64,000 nucleotides of DNA from Salinispira sp. (lineage in GTDB: Bacteria; Spirochaetota; Spirochaetia; DSM-27196; Salinispiraceae): positions 224,001 through 288,000 of the forward strand of contig CBDDDG010000021.1 in NCBI GenBank assembly GCA_965226555.1, read 5' to 3'. The notes below the pieces were generated by a model, which was not told the DNA's origin, searched no databases, and worked only from the letters and a program-made list of their open reading frames with translations. Within the stretch, counting starts at the first letter, position 1. The number at the start of each line of letters is the position of its first letter. Positions 31,396-42,635 of this stretch are shown here, piece after piece. The position numbers and the translations under genes are program-made.

Positions 31396-31762
31396 TGTAC
31401 CTGTTTTCTGAGCTTCCTGAAATTGGAGAGGAATACCGGGTTCGGTTTCCGCATCCCCGTGAGGCGGGCGCTGAACAAGAAGAACTATCGGTTCTCTGCG
31501 GATCAGCATTTTGAATTGGTTATTCGTTCCTGCGCTACCGTGGGTCGGGAAAACGGAACATGGATAAGTAATGACCTGGGCGCTTGCTGCGCTCGTGAAT
31601 TTTCTCCAATTCCAGAACGTTGCGCTTATCGATTCTCAGGTTTCGAATTCTCATATTGAAGGAATGGGAGGGCGTACAATTCCCCGAAAAAATTATTTGC
31701 AGTACCTTGCCGACGCGCTGAAACACCCCCCAATTGGAGACTGGCAGAGCTTTTCTCTGTAA
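31395..31762 (+). pseudogene. aat: Leu/Phe-tRNA-protein transferase with two internal deletions
   Basis: Three fragments: ..FPHPREA; FELVIRSCA..GTWI; ALAALV..LIDSQ..HIEGMGG..IPR; clpS-clpA-aat synteny. Confidence 0.85.
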
Positions 31763-31881
31763 GAAATCAACTCTGTAAACTGCCCTCAAAGAAAATGTAA
31801 AAAAAGCTTGACATCCCCATACATATGTTTTTACGATTTTATTTGTTGACGAAAACAATTTTTATATTCAGGAGAGTATTA

Positions 31882-32978
31882 ATGAATAAGAAAAGAACGG
31901 TTTTTCGGAAAAACCGCAGAGGAGCAGTGGTTTTCATAGTGCATCTGCTTCTGTTTTTGGGCATATCTGTCTGTGTTTTTGCTTCCGGCAACACGGAGGA
32001 AGATAATTCATCCCGTCTGAAGGTTGTTGCGGGCGATAGTATGATTGGCGATATTGTATCGGTCATTGCTGCCGAACATGTCGAGCTTACCTTACTTGTC
32101 GGCCCCGATGAAGATCCGCATTCCTTTGAACCGGAACCGCGAGATCTCATTGTTCTGGAGGAGGCTGATATCATTTTCTGGAATGAAAGAATGTCGATTC
32201 TTGAGCAGTTCAGCAATGCGTATTGGGTTTCAGAAGATATACTGACATCTGATCATGACGATCACGATGAGCATGCCGAACACGATGATCATGCCGAACA
32301 CGATGATCATGCCGAACATTGGGTTTCGATGATCATGACCATCACGATGATCATGCCGATCACGATGATCATGACGATCACGATGATCATGCCGAACATG
32401 ACGATCACGATGAGCATGGCGATCACGATGAGCATGACCATGGCGACACTCATGTGTGGTTTGATCCTCTGAATATGGTGATTTGGACGGAGAGTATAAG
32501 CGGGATACTTTCAGAAGCCGATCCTGACAATGCCGCAGACTATGAGCGTAATGCCATACAATACATTGCCGCGCTCAGGGCGCTGGATGAGGAAATACAT
32601 GACCGGCTGGATGCGCTGCCCCGCAGGGGAATTGTTACCGATCATATTTTTTTTACCGATTTTATTTCAGCATACAATCTTGAGTTTATTGGAACGCTCA
32701 TTCCCAGCGTCAGTGATCAGGCTGAACCATCGCCGCGGCATGCCGCTGATCTTATAGAAAAACTACAAGCGCATGGGGGAGGTATTGTTTTAATGGATGC
32801 GGGGGCTCCTCCCAGTAGACGGCAGCTTGCCGATGAAATTGCGAAGGAGGCGGGCGGGAATGTTAGTGTTGTTACTATTCTTGTCGATGCGCTCGCAAAG
32901 CCCGGTTCTCCGGGAGATACCTATGTGTCATTCATGCGCTACAACGTAGAAAAACTTGCCGAAGCCTTGGGAAATTAG
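31882..32978 (+). pseudogene. ZnuA/TroA-type metal ABC binding protein with His/Asp loop, frameshifted
   Basis: DPHSFEP, DTHVWFDP, VTDH; 8-nt insertion at 32320-32327. Confidence 0.85.
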
Positions 32979-32996
32979 GCGCGAGCATATTATCGT

Positions 32997-33518
32997 TTGC
33001 GTGTTGACTTTGAGCAACTGTATCGTCTTGCCCGCGCCGATCGGGAGGTTGAGGCTGCTCTTGCTGCCGGGTCTGTACCGCCGGAAATGCGGCAGTTATG
33101 GCATCGCTTGGAAAATCAGGGGGTGCAGGTTGAGTTGTTCGATCGCGGGCTGAAGGGCGAGCAAAATATGCCCGATAAGGTGTTGCAATTGCGTATGTTG
33201 GAAGATGCCTTAGACTATAACGGTACCCCGGGCATTGTCGTGTTGCTTACTGGTGATGGCGCTGGTTATTATCAGGGATCGGGCTTTCATCGTACGCTTG
33301 AGCGCATGCATGGCCGCAAATGGCAGGTGGAAATTCTCTCATGGAGGCATGCCTGTAATAAGCGTATGCGCGAGTGGGCAGAAATGCACGGCAAATTTAT
33401 TGCGCTGGATGATTTTTATGATTCAATTACATTTTTGAATCCTTCTCGTGAAGGATTCGAACTTGCACTTCCCCGTAACGCTAAACCGCTGGATTTAACG
33501 AAGCGCGATCATTTTTAA
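32997..33518 (+). pseudogene. NYN-domain (PIN-like) protein, probably 5'-truncated
   Basis: EQ..D..LQ, VLLTGDG, VEILSW; N-terminal DxxN motif not seen. Confidence 0.6.
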
Positions 33519-33678
33519 GTATTGAGGATACCCATTTCCGGAAAATCAGATAAAAACTATCTTTATCTATATCAGCGACACATTCTACCTGACGCAAATG
33601 AGCGGACAGGAAGTTTATCCATTTTGGATATAGAATTGCTTCGCCGCACTTACCCTCCACAACTATGTATAAATTCAA
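33481..33678 (-). pseudogene. TOPRIM/DUF4276-like partner, truncated
   Basis: MNLYIVVEG..E..LYPKWI start; overlaps ATPase stop. Confidence 0.5.
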
Positions 33679-34261
33679 GCGATCCCTTCTGAATAGAATT
33701 TGTTGTTTATGAGTTGCGTAAAATGTTCTTGTTTTGAACTCAGGAATTTTTTCTTCAGTGATTCACCATTAAGAATTTCTACATCCAATCCATTCCGATA
33801 AAATACCTTCCATGATGAAATATCAATATTATTGATAATATAGGGGTGGTGGCTGGTCATAATAAACTGGCAGGAATCCCCCACAACCTTTACCGGAAGG
33901 TTTACTCCCGGTAAAATGTCAGAGATTATCTTTAATTGAGTGTCGATGATGAAGGGAAATGCCTGCTTTATAAGATCGCATACACGTTCATAGCTTCCGG
34001 GATCAATGTGACTTAAAAGGTACATTTTATTATGGAAATCCATCTGATTTTTGACAAGTTCTTGTTCATTTTTCAGAAGAACAAAGCAGGACATCTGGTT
34101 GTTTAATTTTGGTAATTCTGAGCCATTCCACATCAATGAATTATCTGTGCGGTCAATAAGGAGTTTTTTATTTTTGAGTTCGCGCAGTACCTCTTTTTTT
34201 ATGTACAGTTCATTCGGGCATCATTCATCATGCGAGAACGTTTGTATTTTAACAATTTCAT
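33675..34261 (-). pseudogene. AAA_21/ABC-type ATPase remnant
   Basis: QFIMTSHHPYIINNI retained; Walker A/B absent; frameshift near 5' end. Confidence 0.6.
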
Positions 34262-34337
34262 TGCTAATCCTTCCCCGTCTCAGCAACAGTCGCATGGGCG
34301 AGTAGCCGTGCAACGCTGACCAGTCGCCACTTGATCG

Positions 34338-34380
34338 AAAAAAGGCAGGCGCGGGGCTGGTCTGCGCCCCGCGCCTGCCT
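34338..34380 (-). terminator. intrinsic terminator homologous to 10749-10787
   Basis: aggcaggcgcgggg/ccccgcgcctgcct stem + T run. Confidence 0.8.
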
Positions 34381-34423
34381 GAGTTGAATTGCAGCGTTTC
34401 AATAGCCGCTGCGGGTTATGAAA

Positions 34424-36256
34424 CTAAAACCATGACGGCGTATTACCGGCCAAGCCGGAAAGAAAAAACGTAGTTGTTTTGCTTCCTATATATGTGCCAT
34501 CATCCCATTTACCACCACCATCAGTAGTCTTCCATGTAACAGGGGGGGCAACCGAGTTATCCCAGGCCCAGTTTTCAAGATTTTGATTAAATGCGTTTGC
34601 GCCAAAGAACACAGTGTTCATATTCGTTACCGAACTGACATCCCAGAGTGAGATATCACCATTGAATGCAGATGCACTCAGGAACATACCTTCCATATTC
34701 GTTACCGAACTGACATCCCAGCCGGAGATATCGCCATTGAATACAGTTGTTCCAGAGAACATAATGGACATATCCGTTACCGAACTGACATCCCAGAGTG
34801 AGACATCGCCATTGAATGTTGACCAAACACTGAAAATCCCATTCATATTCGTTACTGCCGCGGTAATAATGTAGTTGAGATCGGCAGTATCTCCCCAGTT
34901 TGATATCCCCGCATTTACCGCTGTTTTCAGTTCAGCGTTAGTTGTTGGACTCTCAGTAACAGAGAAATATTCGGCAAAGAGTATGTCTCCGCTTTCTGTT
35001 TCACCATATATCACATATATTCCTGCCGTCGTACCTGCGGTAACCGTAACAATTCCGGTACTCGCATTAACTGTCGGCAGGGTGACCGTTCCGGGCGGAG
35101 TTACGGTGGTTACCTTCAGGTCTCCTCCATCATCAACCGTGAGAGTGCCCGGTTCTACCGTGGTCAAAGAAACACTGAGGTTCAGGTTCTCATTGGCAAT
35201 ACCGGCAGTATTAATGGCATTATCGGCAAGTAAAATGTTTATAGAATTTTCCTCGCCCGAAGGAATCTCTGTCGGAGGAAATGATGGCAGCGGTTCCGTT
35301 GCGGGGGCAGACCATGGTCCAATGCCGACCGCGTTGATGGCACGCGCATGCACTTGGTAGAGAGCACCGTTTGTCAGGCCGGTAATGGTGTGGTCTGTTC
35401 CGGTGATGCCGGAAGCATCTGTCCATGCGGTTATGCCGACTTCGCGATATATCAGCTCATACCCGGTAATTTCGCTGCCGTTATTTTCCGGTGCAGACCA
35501 TCTCGCAACGATCCGCCCAGTGCCCGCATAAAGGGTTGGGGCAACCGGCGCGTCAGGAACAGCGGCAAGGGCAGGGAGAGTTGAAACGGCAGATTCCGAC
35601 CATGCGCCAATTCCTCCGTCCGCGTTGACCGCTCGCGCCTGTACCTCATAGACACTGCCGTTTGTCAGGTCGCTAATGACATGGCTTGTACCGTCAATGC
35701 CTTCGGTAATAATTTCCCAGCTTCCGCTGCCGTATTCCCTATAACGCAGGTGGTATGCGCTAATGTCGCTGCCGCCGGTATCAGTCGGCGCCGTCCATGT
35801 AACGGTCAGTTGACCGTCTCCTGCAACAAGGGTGGGAGCAGCCAGCGCGACAGGGGGCGCAGTTGGCGGCGCAATAGGTGTTGCCGTGGCAGACGCCGAC
35901 CACGTACCCGCACCCCCCGCGTTGACGGCGCGCACCTGCACAGCATACCTGAGACCGTTTGTCAGCTCGGTAATGGTGTGGCTTGTGCCGGTAATACCGG
36001 TGTTAATCTCCATCCAGATGCCGCTGTCAAATTCACCATAACGCAGATTATACGCGGTAATGGCGTTGCCCCCATCCTTGTCGTTTACTTCATTCCATAT
36101 AGCGGCGAGCTCAGCCCATGAGGCTGTAAGCTGTCCGTCTCCCGCTATGAGGGCTGGCGCAAACATGGCAGGGGGAGCATCCGGCATTGGGCATCCGCTG
36201 AGTACCAGCGCTGCAACAATTACGGTAAGTATCAATCTGAGAATCATATACATCAT
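34424..36256 (-). CDS. 3xFN3 + BspA (DUF285) lipoprotein
   Basis: Lipobox LSGC; FN3 W..Y..Y.VQVRAVN; FNGDISxWDVSSVTNM repeats. Confidence 0.88.
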   Translation of the reverse strand: MMYMILRLILTVIVAALVLSGCPMPDAPPAMFAPALIAGDGQLTASWAELAAIWNEVNDKDGGNAITAYNLRYGEFDSGIWMEINTGITGTSHTITELTNGLRYAVQVRAVNAGGAGTWSASATATPIAPPTAPPVALAAPTLVAGDGQLTVTWTAPTDTGGSDISAYHLRYREYGSGSWEIITEGIDGTSHVISDLTNGSVYEVQARAVNADGGIGAWSESAVSTLPALAAVPDAPVAPTLYAGTGRIVARWSAPENNGSEITGYELIYREVGITAWTDASGITGTDHTITGLTNGALYQVHARAINAVGIGPWSAPATEPLPSFPPTEIPSGEENSINILLADNAINTAGIANENLNLSVSLTTVEPGTLTVDDGGDLKVTTVTPPGTVTLPTVNASTGIVTVTAGTTAGIYVIYGETESGDILFAEYFSVTESPTTNAELKTAVNAGISNWGDTADLNYIITAAVTNMNGIFSVWSTFNGDVSLWDVSSVTDMSIMFSGTTVFNGDISGWDVSSVTNMEGMFLSASAFNGDISLWDVSSVTNMNTVFFGANAFNQNLENWAWDNSVAPPVTWKTTDGGGKWDDGTYIGSKTTTFFLSGLAGNTPSWF

Positions 36257-36604
36257 CCTTTGAATATCGAAAATTTTGTGTATTCCGAATTCTATAAAAG
36301 TTTCTCTTACACACTACAACACATTCAGCCGTATGTCTACTACAAAGTTTTGCAAAAGTGGGAAATAAACATTTGAGAGTCCATCCTTCCCGTCCACTAA
36401 CCCGCATTCCCGAGCCCTCCCCTCCCGTAGCCCCAAAAAAATCACACATTTTGCAAACTTTTTTCAAATTCTTTCAAAAAACATAGTCAAAAATGACCGT
36501 TTACCCGTTATAGATATAAGGGAGAATTCACCATGGGACCATGTCGCCATGGGAGCTCCCCTATTCAGAAAGAAACGTTCAAAAAAAACCTTCAGGAGGA
36601 TTGT

Positions 36605-37681
36605 ATGATCGATTTCAAAGAAAAACCCGCCCCCATTCCCTACGACCAAGGATACCGCTCCCTGCTGTTCCAACCCGCAATAATGCTCCAATTTCTTCAA
36701 CGCTTTGTCGGAGGCGCATGGACGAAAAAATTGCGAACCGAGGACATAACCATTGAAAACGGTACCTTTTTTATCGACCATGCAAAAACACGAATGGCCG
36801 ACATTGTCTGCAAAATCAGAAGTCGGGATCATACGGGAGATGTTGCTATCTATGTGCTCCTTGAGCATCAGTCTGGAGTGGACAAAGACATGCCCCTCCG
36901 CATGTCGGAGTACACAAATCTGCTCTATCGGAACATTCACCGCTCCGGCGCAATTCCCGATGACTGCGAGGTGGTATTTCTGCCCATTGTATTCTATAAT
37001 GGCACTCGAAAATGGAAGGTGCCGGGGAATGTCAGAAAGCAACGGAAACGGAAATTCCCGCAGTATCTTGCTCCTTTTCCCTACGATCTTATTAACGAGA
37101 GCGATTATTCTGCGGAGCAGCTGCAGCAGCGGGGAAGAATGTTTGCGGCTGTTATGTACCTTGATCTGTACTCGAAAAATCTGCTGAATACGGATTGGGA
37201 CATTCGGAAGGTGGAGAAAGCGATAGCAGAAATGCTGAATGAAGAATCGCTGGAGCTGATAGAGGAATTTATCGGCGTGATAGATTCGATGTTCGGAATT
37301 GTTATAGACTTCGATACGTTAATGAATCAATTAGAAAGAACAAAAGAACCGAGAGGTAAGGAGGTAGCAAAAATGTTCAGAATGAATGCGGAAACATTCA
37401 GAGCGCGCATTGCGGAGATGGGTCGGCAGGAAGGACTTCAGACAGGTCGGCAGGAAGGATTGCAGACAGGACTGCGAACAGGTCGTGAAGAAGGACTTCA
37501 GACAGGAATGCAGAAAGGTCTTGTAAAAGGAATGGAGAGAGGTCTTGTAAAAGGAATGGAGAGAGGCATTCGAGAAACGGCCCGCAGTATGTTTTCCAAA
37601 GGATTTTCAGCCCATGACATTCAGGATGTTACCGGGCTGAGCGATGAGGAAATGCGGACAGTGCGGAACGGATCGCATTAA
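36605..37681 (+). CDS. Rpn family PD-(D/E)XK nuclease copy 3 (intact)
   Basis: AGGAGG RBS; ADIV..LEHQS; 4-aa periodic C-terminal repeats; VTGLSDEEM. Confidence 0.9.
   Translation: MIDFKEKPAPIPYDQGYRSLLFQPAIMLQFLQRFVGGAWTKKLRTEDITIENGTFFIDHAKTRMADIVCKIRSRDHTGDVAIYVLLEHQSGVDKDMPLRMSEYTNLLYRNIHRSGAIPDDCEVVFLPIVFYNGTRKWKVPGNVRKQRKRKFPQYLAPFPYDLINESDYSAEQLQQRGRMFAAVMYLDLYSKNLLNTDWDIRKVEKAIAEMLNEESLELIEEFIGVIDSMFGIVIDFDTLMNQLERTKEPRGKEVAKMFRMNAETFRARIAEMGRQEGLQTGRQEGLQTGLRTGREEGLQTGMQKGLVKGMERGLVKGMERGIRETARSMFSKGFSAHDIQDVTGLSDEEMRTVRNGSH
37373..37681 (+). CDS. intragenic small Rpn protein, 102 aa
   Basis: TAAGGAGGT-N7-ATG in frame. Confidence 0.7.
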   Translation: MFRMNAETFRARIAEMGRQEGLQTGRQEGLQTGLRTGREEGLQTGMQKGLVKGMERGLVKGMERGIRETARSMFSKGFSAHDIQDVTGLSDEEMRTVRNGSH

Positions 37682-37723
37682 TTATCGCCGTTCGGCCTGC
37701 GCGCAGAGCGGATAATATCAACA

Positions 37724-38953
37724 TCAGAAAACTTCTTCAAGAACGTAGAAGTATCCCTCATCGGTTCCGAAGATTATCCAGGGACCTGCAATTACCGGTG
37801 AGTTGAGAATTGAGCCCTCGACCGCGAGGCGCCAGTGGATGGCGCCGGAGAGGGGGGAGACTGCGAGAAGTTCGCCCGGGCTTTCAAGGCCGAAGTAGAG
37901 GCGGTCGCCTGCGAGGGTGGGGGCAGTGGAGAGAGGTCGGTCGTAGCGCTTTTGCCACATAATTCTGCCGTTTCTATTGTTATATGAACGGAGGATCTGG
38001 TCGCCCATGGCGAAGATGACGTGCCTGCGCCAGAGCAGCGGAGCGGCGTAGTCGAGCAGCAGGGTGTTTTTCAGCAGATATTCCCGCGCGGTTTCGAGGG
38101 TGATGCCGTTGTCAAAATAGGCGGAATCAATCTGCTCCCAGAGAAGATCGCCGCTGTATAGCGCAATGGCAGCAAAATAATGCTCCCAAATTCCCGGCTC
38201 AACCAGACCGGTTACCGAAAAATACAGGCTCCGGTTTTTTACTGCCGGAAAACTATACCAGAAATACCTGCTGAGCTCGTCTCCAAGTTCCCAGAGATAC
38301 TCATTCTGCTTCAGATCATAGACGCTGAGGCTATAGGGATTGGTCGGGGTTCCGGGGGCAAAGGCGAGAATATCGTTGAATATTTGAAAGGAATTATGCC
38401 GCCATACGGCATTGTCGAGGCTGAATTGGAGATTCCCGTCATCGGCGTTTATAAAATACAGGGCGTCGGCATCGGCGGCGGCGGCAATCATATCTTCATA
38501 GGAAGTAACAGTTGAGTTTACCTGTCCTGTGGTCTGAAATTGCCATTCGACTTCTCCGCTTTCCCGTGAAAGGGCATAGATGATGCCATCGCTTGAACCG
38601 AAATATACCCGAGTTTCATCGGCATAGGCCACAGAATTGATGGGACCGCCCGAACGAAAGGCCCAATTCATGTATCCGCTTCGAAGATCGAGGGAATAAA
38701 AATTCCCGTCTGCCGATCCGAAGTAGATGCTGTTATCGATAAGCAGGGGTTGGTTGAAGTGCCTCCGGTCTTCGCTTTGTTTATTGAGCAGGAGCTTCCA
38801 TTTGACAGCTACCGGCGGTGAAATGCTTGTTCGGGCGATACCGAGCCCCCGATTTCCCCGAAACTCTATCCATTCACGTTCGCATGAGGAGAAAAGGAAG
38901 AGCAGCGCCAAAGAGAACAGCAGAAAGAACAGCAGACGGGGCGATATGTTCAT
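37724..38953 (-). CDS. PQQ-type beta-propeller lipoprotein (BamB-like)
   Basis: FSSC lipobox; IYFGSADGNFYSLD..SG...W repeats. Confidence 0.85.
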   Translation of the reverse strand: MNISPRLLFFLLFSLALLFLFSSCEREWIEFRGNRGLGIARTSISPPVAVKWKLLLNKQSEDRRHFNQPLLIDNSIYFGSADGNFYSLDLRSGYMNWAFRSGGPINSVAYADETRVYFGSSDGIIYALSRESGEVEWQFQTTGQVNSTVTSYEDMIAAAADADALYFINADDGNLQFSLDNAVWRHNSFQIFNDILAFAPGTPTNPYSLSVYDLKQNEYLWELGDELSRYFWYSFPAVKNRSLYFSVTGLVEPGIWEHYFAAIALYSGDLLWEQIDSAYFDNGITLETAREYLLKNTLLLDYAAPLLWRRHVIFAMGDQILRSYNNRNGRIMWQKRYDRPLSTAPTLAGDRLYFGLESPGELLAVSPLSGAIHWRLAVEGSILNSPVIAGPWIIFGTDEGYFYVLEEVF

Positions 38954-41193
38954 AGCAAATACCTCATATCTTTCAGGGAGAACAATTCGCGCAGAATTGC
39001 CGTGAAACGATGCTGTTCCTTCAAAAGACGGCGATATTCTTTACGGAGTTGTTCTATATTTTCGCTGCTGCTCTCCGGCGCGATTTTGCCGTCTTTGTTG
39101 TTTTCCTGGCCTTTGCTGCTGCTCTCCGGTACGATTCCGCTTTCCGTGTTTTCTGTTCGGTAGATTAATGCCGTATACACCTGCGCAAACATTCGGAGCT
39201 CGGGGTACATTTCCGCATATTCGGCAGGGGTGGTGTCGATATTTTTCAATGCGTATCCGCGGGCATTTAAGCGGATGATGAGGAGCCGGTACAGTGCCTT
39301 ACAGACCGATTCACGTTCATTCCGATTATTTTTCCGGGAAATGATAATGAGCCGGGCAAGTCGGCTCCAGCGGATTCCGTAGAAAACAAGAAGCGCGCCT
39401 AATGTGGTCATGACTGTGAGGCGCAGGAGAATTCCCCAGGGAATTGGCAATCGGGAACGGGCGGAGCGATCACGCAGGTCGGGAATAATAAGGTCGAGGT
39501 TATGTGGGTCCATGTCTCCGGCAGGGGGAATTGCGAAGGAGGTAGTTTCAATATCTACCCATCCGTAGATCGGGAGGTAGAACTGAGCCCATGAGTGGCG
39601 GTGCACGTTTGTTACCAGATACAGGTCTGAAATATCGGCATGGGCAATTGGGGGGTAATTGTGCTGAAGTTCAGCCAATGCCTGAAGATGGGAGGCATTA
39701 CGGAAACCTTCAGAAACAAGATACCCGGTAACCACCCTGCTTGGAATTCCCATCATTCTGCCGAGAATGGCAGCGCTGTTGGAAAATTCCGTACAATCGC
39801 CCGATTTATTCTCGAAGAGAAATGCGCTTACGGCAGCGGTGCTCACGTCATCGGTAAAGCCCAGTTCATATTGATATGCGCGGTAGTGCTGCAAAATGTT
39901 TGCAATGCGTTCCATGAAGGAGCTGTTCGGGGACGCAAGCTCATCGGCAAGCATGCGGTATTGCTGCCTGAATTCTTCCGGTAGGCTCAGCTCAAGGTAG
40001 GGGAGAAGTTTCTGCCGTTCGACAGGAAGCAGCGCTGCTGCTCCGTTTTCTGCCGCTCCGGCTCTGTTTCCGGGGAAACGCTGGAGAATACTGATGGTGG
40101 AAACACGGCTCTGGCTGCGGTAGGTATAGGTGAGGGGGTAAAAGTCCGTGTTAAAAATTGTGGGTTCTATCCGGTAGGGTTGGTAGGAACTCACCTTATC
40201 GGAAATGGTTGAATAAACCTCAATCTGAACCGGTTGGCGGTTTCGCAGGGGCAGCGGGGAAGGATTTTGCCAGGTTTCAAGATACTGGCTCTTTGTCAGA
40301 CGGTTGAGATGAAAATCGGGATCGGAATAAAACCCGCGCAGCGGATCATGATTATTGAAATATTCATCGGCAAGATACAGCGTTCCAACCGGACTCTTAA
40401 CAATCATAACCATATGCTGCCTGCTGAGCGTGCCGTTTTCACCGGAATTTCCTGTTCCGTTTCTGCTTCCCCATGCATTCGGCGAGAGAATGAATACACC
40501 GGCCTCATCGCCATCTCCATTATTTTCGGAGTCCCCATCGCTCTCAGAAATATCTTCAGAATCGGAAAGAGGTCTCAGGGGAGGGTTGATGATATTGTCG
40601 GCATTGTTAAAGACCCGCAGGTCCTGTATAAAATCGTTCGGAAGAAAAAAAGCAGTAAGAACAGCAAGAGTCAGGGGAACAAGAATACCCGCAGCGCATT
40701 CTCCTGCCCTCGGCCGCTGAGCTCCGAATTTCAGCCGATACAGAAGTATTGTATACAGTATGAAGCCGGTAAGCAGGAGGCTGAGAGCGAGGGCAGTAAA
40801 GGCCTGCGATTCCTGGGAACGGATATTCAATAGCCGGTATATAACAAAGATAAAATATGACAGATCAATATAAAAGATGCGGGCACAGCGCCGGTGAAAC
40901 ATGAGCCACGTTGACCAGTAGGCACATTGCGCGAATAGAAAAATATCCAACGAGACGGTGGTTACGGAGAAGAAGGGCAGAATAAGCAGCGGCAGAACGA
41001 AGGAAAGAATATGGAGTATTCTCCGCTGTTTCCTTTCAACTTTTACCCAGCCGAGTATGGCCCCGAGCGGCATGAACAGCAATATCCGCAGCAGGAAGGC
41101 AGCATCGGCATAATGGGCAAGCGCCGGATGAAAGATGGGCAGCAGCATTAATGCCGCATATAACAGAAGGCGTCCCGCAAAAAGCATTACCAC
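38950..41193 (-). CDS. membrane transglutaminase-like protein
   Basis: GDCTEFS..GIPSRVVTGY..HSWAQFY..GWVDIE. Confidence 0.85.
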   Translation of the reverse strand: MVMLFAGRLLLYAALMLLPIFHPALAHYADAAFLLRILLFMPLGAILGWVKVERKQRRILHILSFVLPLLILPFFSVTTVSLDIFLFAQCAYWSTWLMFHRRCARIFYIDLSYFIFVIYRLLNIRSQESQAFTALALSLLLTGFILYTILLYRLKFGAQRPRAGECAAGILVPLTLAVLTAFFLPNDFIQDLRVFNNADNIINPPLRPLSDSEDISESDGDSENNGDGDEAGVFILSPNAWGSRNGTGNSGENGTLSRQHMVMIVKSPVGTLYLADEYFNNHDPLRGFYSDPDFHLNRLTKSQYLETWQNPSPLPLRNRQPVQIEVYSTISDKVSSYQPYRIEPTIFNTDFYPLTYTYRSQSRVSTISILQRFPGNRAGAAENGAAALLPVERQKLLPYLELSLPEEFRQQYRMLADELASPNSSFMERIANILQHYRAYQYELGFTDDVSTAAVSAFLFENKSGDCTEFSNSAAILGRMMGIPSRVVTGYLVSEGFRNASHLQALAELQHNYPPIAHADISDLYLVTNVHRHSWAQFYLPIYGWVDIETTSFAIPPAGDMDPHNLDLIIPDLRDRSARSRLPIPWGILLRLTVMTTLGALLVFYGIRWSRLARLIIISRKNNRNERESVCKALYRLLIIRLNARGYALKNIDTTPAEYAEMYPELRMFAQVYTALIYRTENTESGIVPESSSKGQENNKDGKIAPESSSENIEQLRKEYRRLLKEQHRFTAILRELFSLKDMRYLL

Positions 41194-42635
41194 TCCTTTT
41201 TGAGAATATATTCGTGCACCTCACCTGCGCGCAGGCCGCTTGGGCGCGCTTCATCTTCGGAAAAGGGTGATGGCGCCGCGGAGGGTGATGGCGATGCGGA
41301 TGGTGATGGCGATGCGGATGGTGATGGCGATGGCGATAGTGATGCAAAGAGATGTTCTGGTATATAGGCGGGGATGAAATTCTCCCCCGGGAACCATTTC
41401 ATAACCTTGTCAACGCGTGCGCCAGTCCTCGGGCGCGTCCCGCGCCAGTCGCCTGCGCCAGTCCCAGAGCGCGTCCCGCTGCGACTGCCAGTCCCAGGGC
41501 GTGTCCCGCGCCATGTCCGCACGAGAAATAGTTCGTAGTTCCCGCAATGGCGGGTGAGCGCGGTGAGTTCCCGGCAGCGTTCATGGCTGAAGATGATCCA
41601 CCGCGAGCTGGCGGGAGGAAAATTCTCAAGAGGGGAAGGAGGATACCACTGCGCCAGTATTTCCAGAAAGAGCGGGAGCGATTTCTCCCCGTCAGAATGC
41701 TCTCGGGGATCCACTTCATATTCGGTATCGTGCAGACGAATGCGGAATGTGATCTCCATTCCCTGCTGTTGCTCCTGCAGCACAGCATCAATAAAACCTC
41801 TTAAAAGCGATTTCAAATAGGCAAGCTCCAGCGAATATGATTGCGCGAGGAGTATGATGCTGATGATCCTGCTTTCCGATTCTGACTCGGGCGGAATGCG
41901 GGTGAGCAGTGTGCGGATGCGCCCCGAGGCCTTCCAGTTTATGTCGCGGGCGAGGTCTCCGGGCTGATAGTCGCGGATAAAAATCTTTTCACTCTCGGAA
42001 TGCCTGCGGGACTGCGCATCGTCTTGGCTTTCACTGCTCTGAGAGATGAGAATATCACCCATACCTTCTCCCGGAGGAAGAACAATTGCCGTACGGTTCT
42101 GAGAAAAAAGAACGCGGCGGGTAATGCCGAAAATATCGGCAATATAAAATTCTCCCCGCATATCCATACGCCCGGGAAGCGGGGGATGCATGTCCATGAG
42201 CAGGCTCCCATCGTTGCGAAAGCAGTAATCGCGGCGAAAATGGTACAGCCGCCGCGTCCCCGCCATGAGCCATGCCGTTACGAAGAGGTGAAAACGGAAA
42301 AACGGCGGCAGTCCCAGCCCCCGCGCCTGTCTATGGCCCTGTCCATGTCCATGGCCCAGAATGCGTGCGCGCTGCCCCGTGTTCTGCCTCTCTGCGGTGA
42401 GATACTCCGAAGAGTTCCACTGCAGAATATCCTGCGGATGTCTGCCCGACTGAAAAAGAACCGCTGCGGTAAGAAGAAGGCAGAAGGCGAAGGCCAGCGA
42501 CCCAATGACTGCCGCGAGAGTATCCGATAATATCAGTCCGGAACCAAGGAGAAAAATACCACAGAGCATTATAATGGTGCCGAAGGCGCTCAGGGGGTAG
42601 TACCTGCGCAGGGCGCGGGCATTGCGGACATTCAT
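41187..42635 (-). CDS. DUF58 protein
   Basis: IRDYQPGDLARDINWKASGR; ATGA overlap with MoxR. Confidence 0.85.
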   Translation of the reverse strand: MNVRNARALRRYYPLSAFGTIIMLCGIFLLGSGLILSDTLAAVIGSLAFAFCLLLTAAVLFQSGRHPQDILQWNSSEYLTAERQNTGQRARILGHGHGQGHRQARGLGLPPFFRFHLFVTAWLMAGTRRLYHFRRDYCFRNDGSLLMDMHPPLPGRMDMRGEFYIADIFGITRRVLFSQNRTAIVLPPGEGMGDILISQSSESQDDAQSRRHSESEKIFIRDYQPGDLARDINWKASGRIRTLLTRIPPESESESRIISIILLAQSYSLELAYLKSLLRGFIDAVLQEQQQGMEITFRIRLHDTEYEVDPREHSDGEKSLPLFLEILAQWYPPSPLENFPPASSRWIIFSHERCRELTALTRHCGNYELFLVRTWRGTRPGTGSRSGTRSGTGAGDWRGTRPRTGARVDKVMKWFPGENFIPAYIPEHLFASLSPSPSPSASPSPSASPSPSAAPSPFSEDEARPSGLRAGEVHEYILKKEW

